Assembly: GCF_001194135.2 (NCBI RefSeq)
Contig: NC_068988.1
Location: 18,011,914-18,075,913 of the forward strand
Length of the DNA: 64,000 bases
Direction of reading: 5' to 3'
DNA from: Octopus bimaculoides
Taxonomy: Eukaryota
Positions 63,433-64,000 of the stretch are shown in pieces. Each line of letters opens with the position of its first letter. Position 1 is the stretch's first letter. A program made the translations under genes and the position numbers. The notes under the pieces are model-generated. The model had not been told where the DNA came from and did not search any database. It was given only the letters and a program-made list of their open reading frames with translations.

Positions 63433-64000
63433 CACACACACGTATGCGTGGACGCTATTTCTTTCTGTGTGTTGTGTGCATGTTTAATTCTAGTCATGTC
63501 ATTGATATTCCGAACATAATCAACCCAATTAACCAATTCCAATTGGTAATCGAGGTCTCATCATTGACCCTGTCGGCTGGAAACAGAAATTTTCGCTGCA
63601 ACAGTATCTCAAGCGATAATACAAACAAGGACATTATTGATGTACCCGTATTTCATCTTTGTTGTTGTTATTGATATGTTTAAGTTTCAAGGAAAATATC
63701 AAGTTTCTTAAAGGTGTTTTTCCGGTACTTGTAAAGGGCTGTGTAGAAATGGAAACCTAGGAGGTGACACGTCGGATGGATAGCTTTTGAAGAGGTCACA
63801 GGATGTGTGACGGGAGATTTCAGACAAAGGACACTAAAGTAATAATAATAATAAAGCTGAAGTGAAGACCAATTATATAGTGTGTGTGGTTAATCAGTAA
63901 AAATATGACCATCCCCAAATTTAAAAATCACAAGAAGTTAATGATCAGCAGTGATATATAGATAGATAGACTGGTAGGTTGTTGTTGACACTCCGTCGCT

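Overview
AT-rich (animal) genomic DNA with about 15 N-gaps and very dense (TA)n/(CA)n/(CT)n/(CTAT)n/(TAA)n/(GAT)n microsatellites. The tRNA-derived SINE families look like those of octopus/coleoid cephalopods (inference from repeat motifs, not verified). I find no confidently supportable host protein-coding exon. Almost all ORFs in the supplied track are microsatellite or N-gap artefacts, and the real coding relics are transposon-derived. Identified elements: many SINEs from at least four families; a solo LTR with a 4-bp TSD; a palindromic Tc1/mariner-type MITE; a Tc1 transposase fragment; several Penelope-like (GIY-YIG) relics; an RTE LINE 3' end; three R4/Dong-type REL-endonuclease LINE ends beside microsatellites; decayed Gypsy, CR1 and RTE fossils; and a hAT MITE with an 8-bp TSD nested in an old SINE. 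The most notable non-obvious signals are: (1) two minimal type-I hammerhead ribozyme motifs with complete catalytic cores (26.63 kb and 34.55 kb, minus strand) plus several decayed ones; (2) two near-perfect miRNA-sized hairpins (32.05 kb, 39.65 kb); (3) R4/Dong LINEs apparently using SINE-derived (ATT)n tails as landing sites; and (4) a sharply bounded CpG-depleted block (about 42.5-50.2 kb) suggesting a methylated gene body or a scaffold join. Coordinates of decayed repeats are approximate; TSD- and hairpin-bounded coordinates were read base by base.
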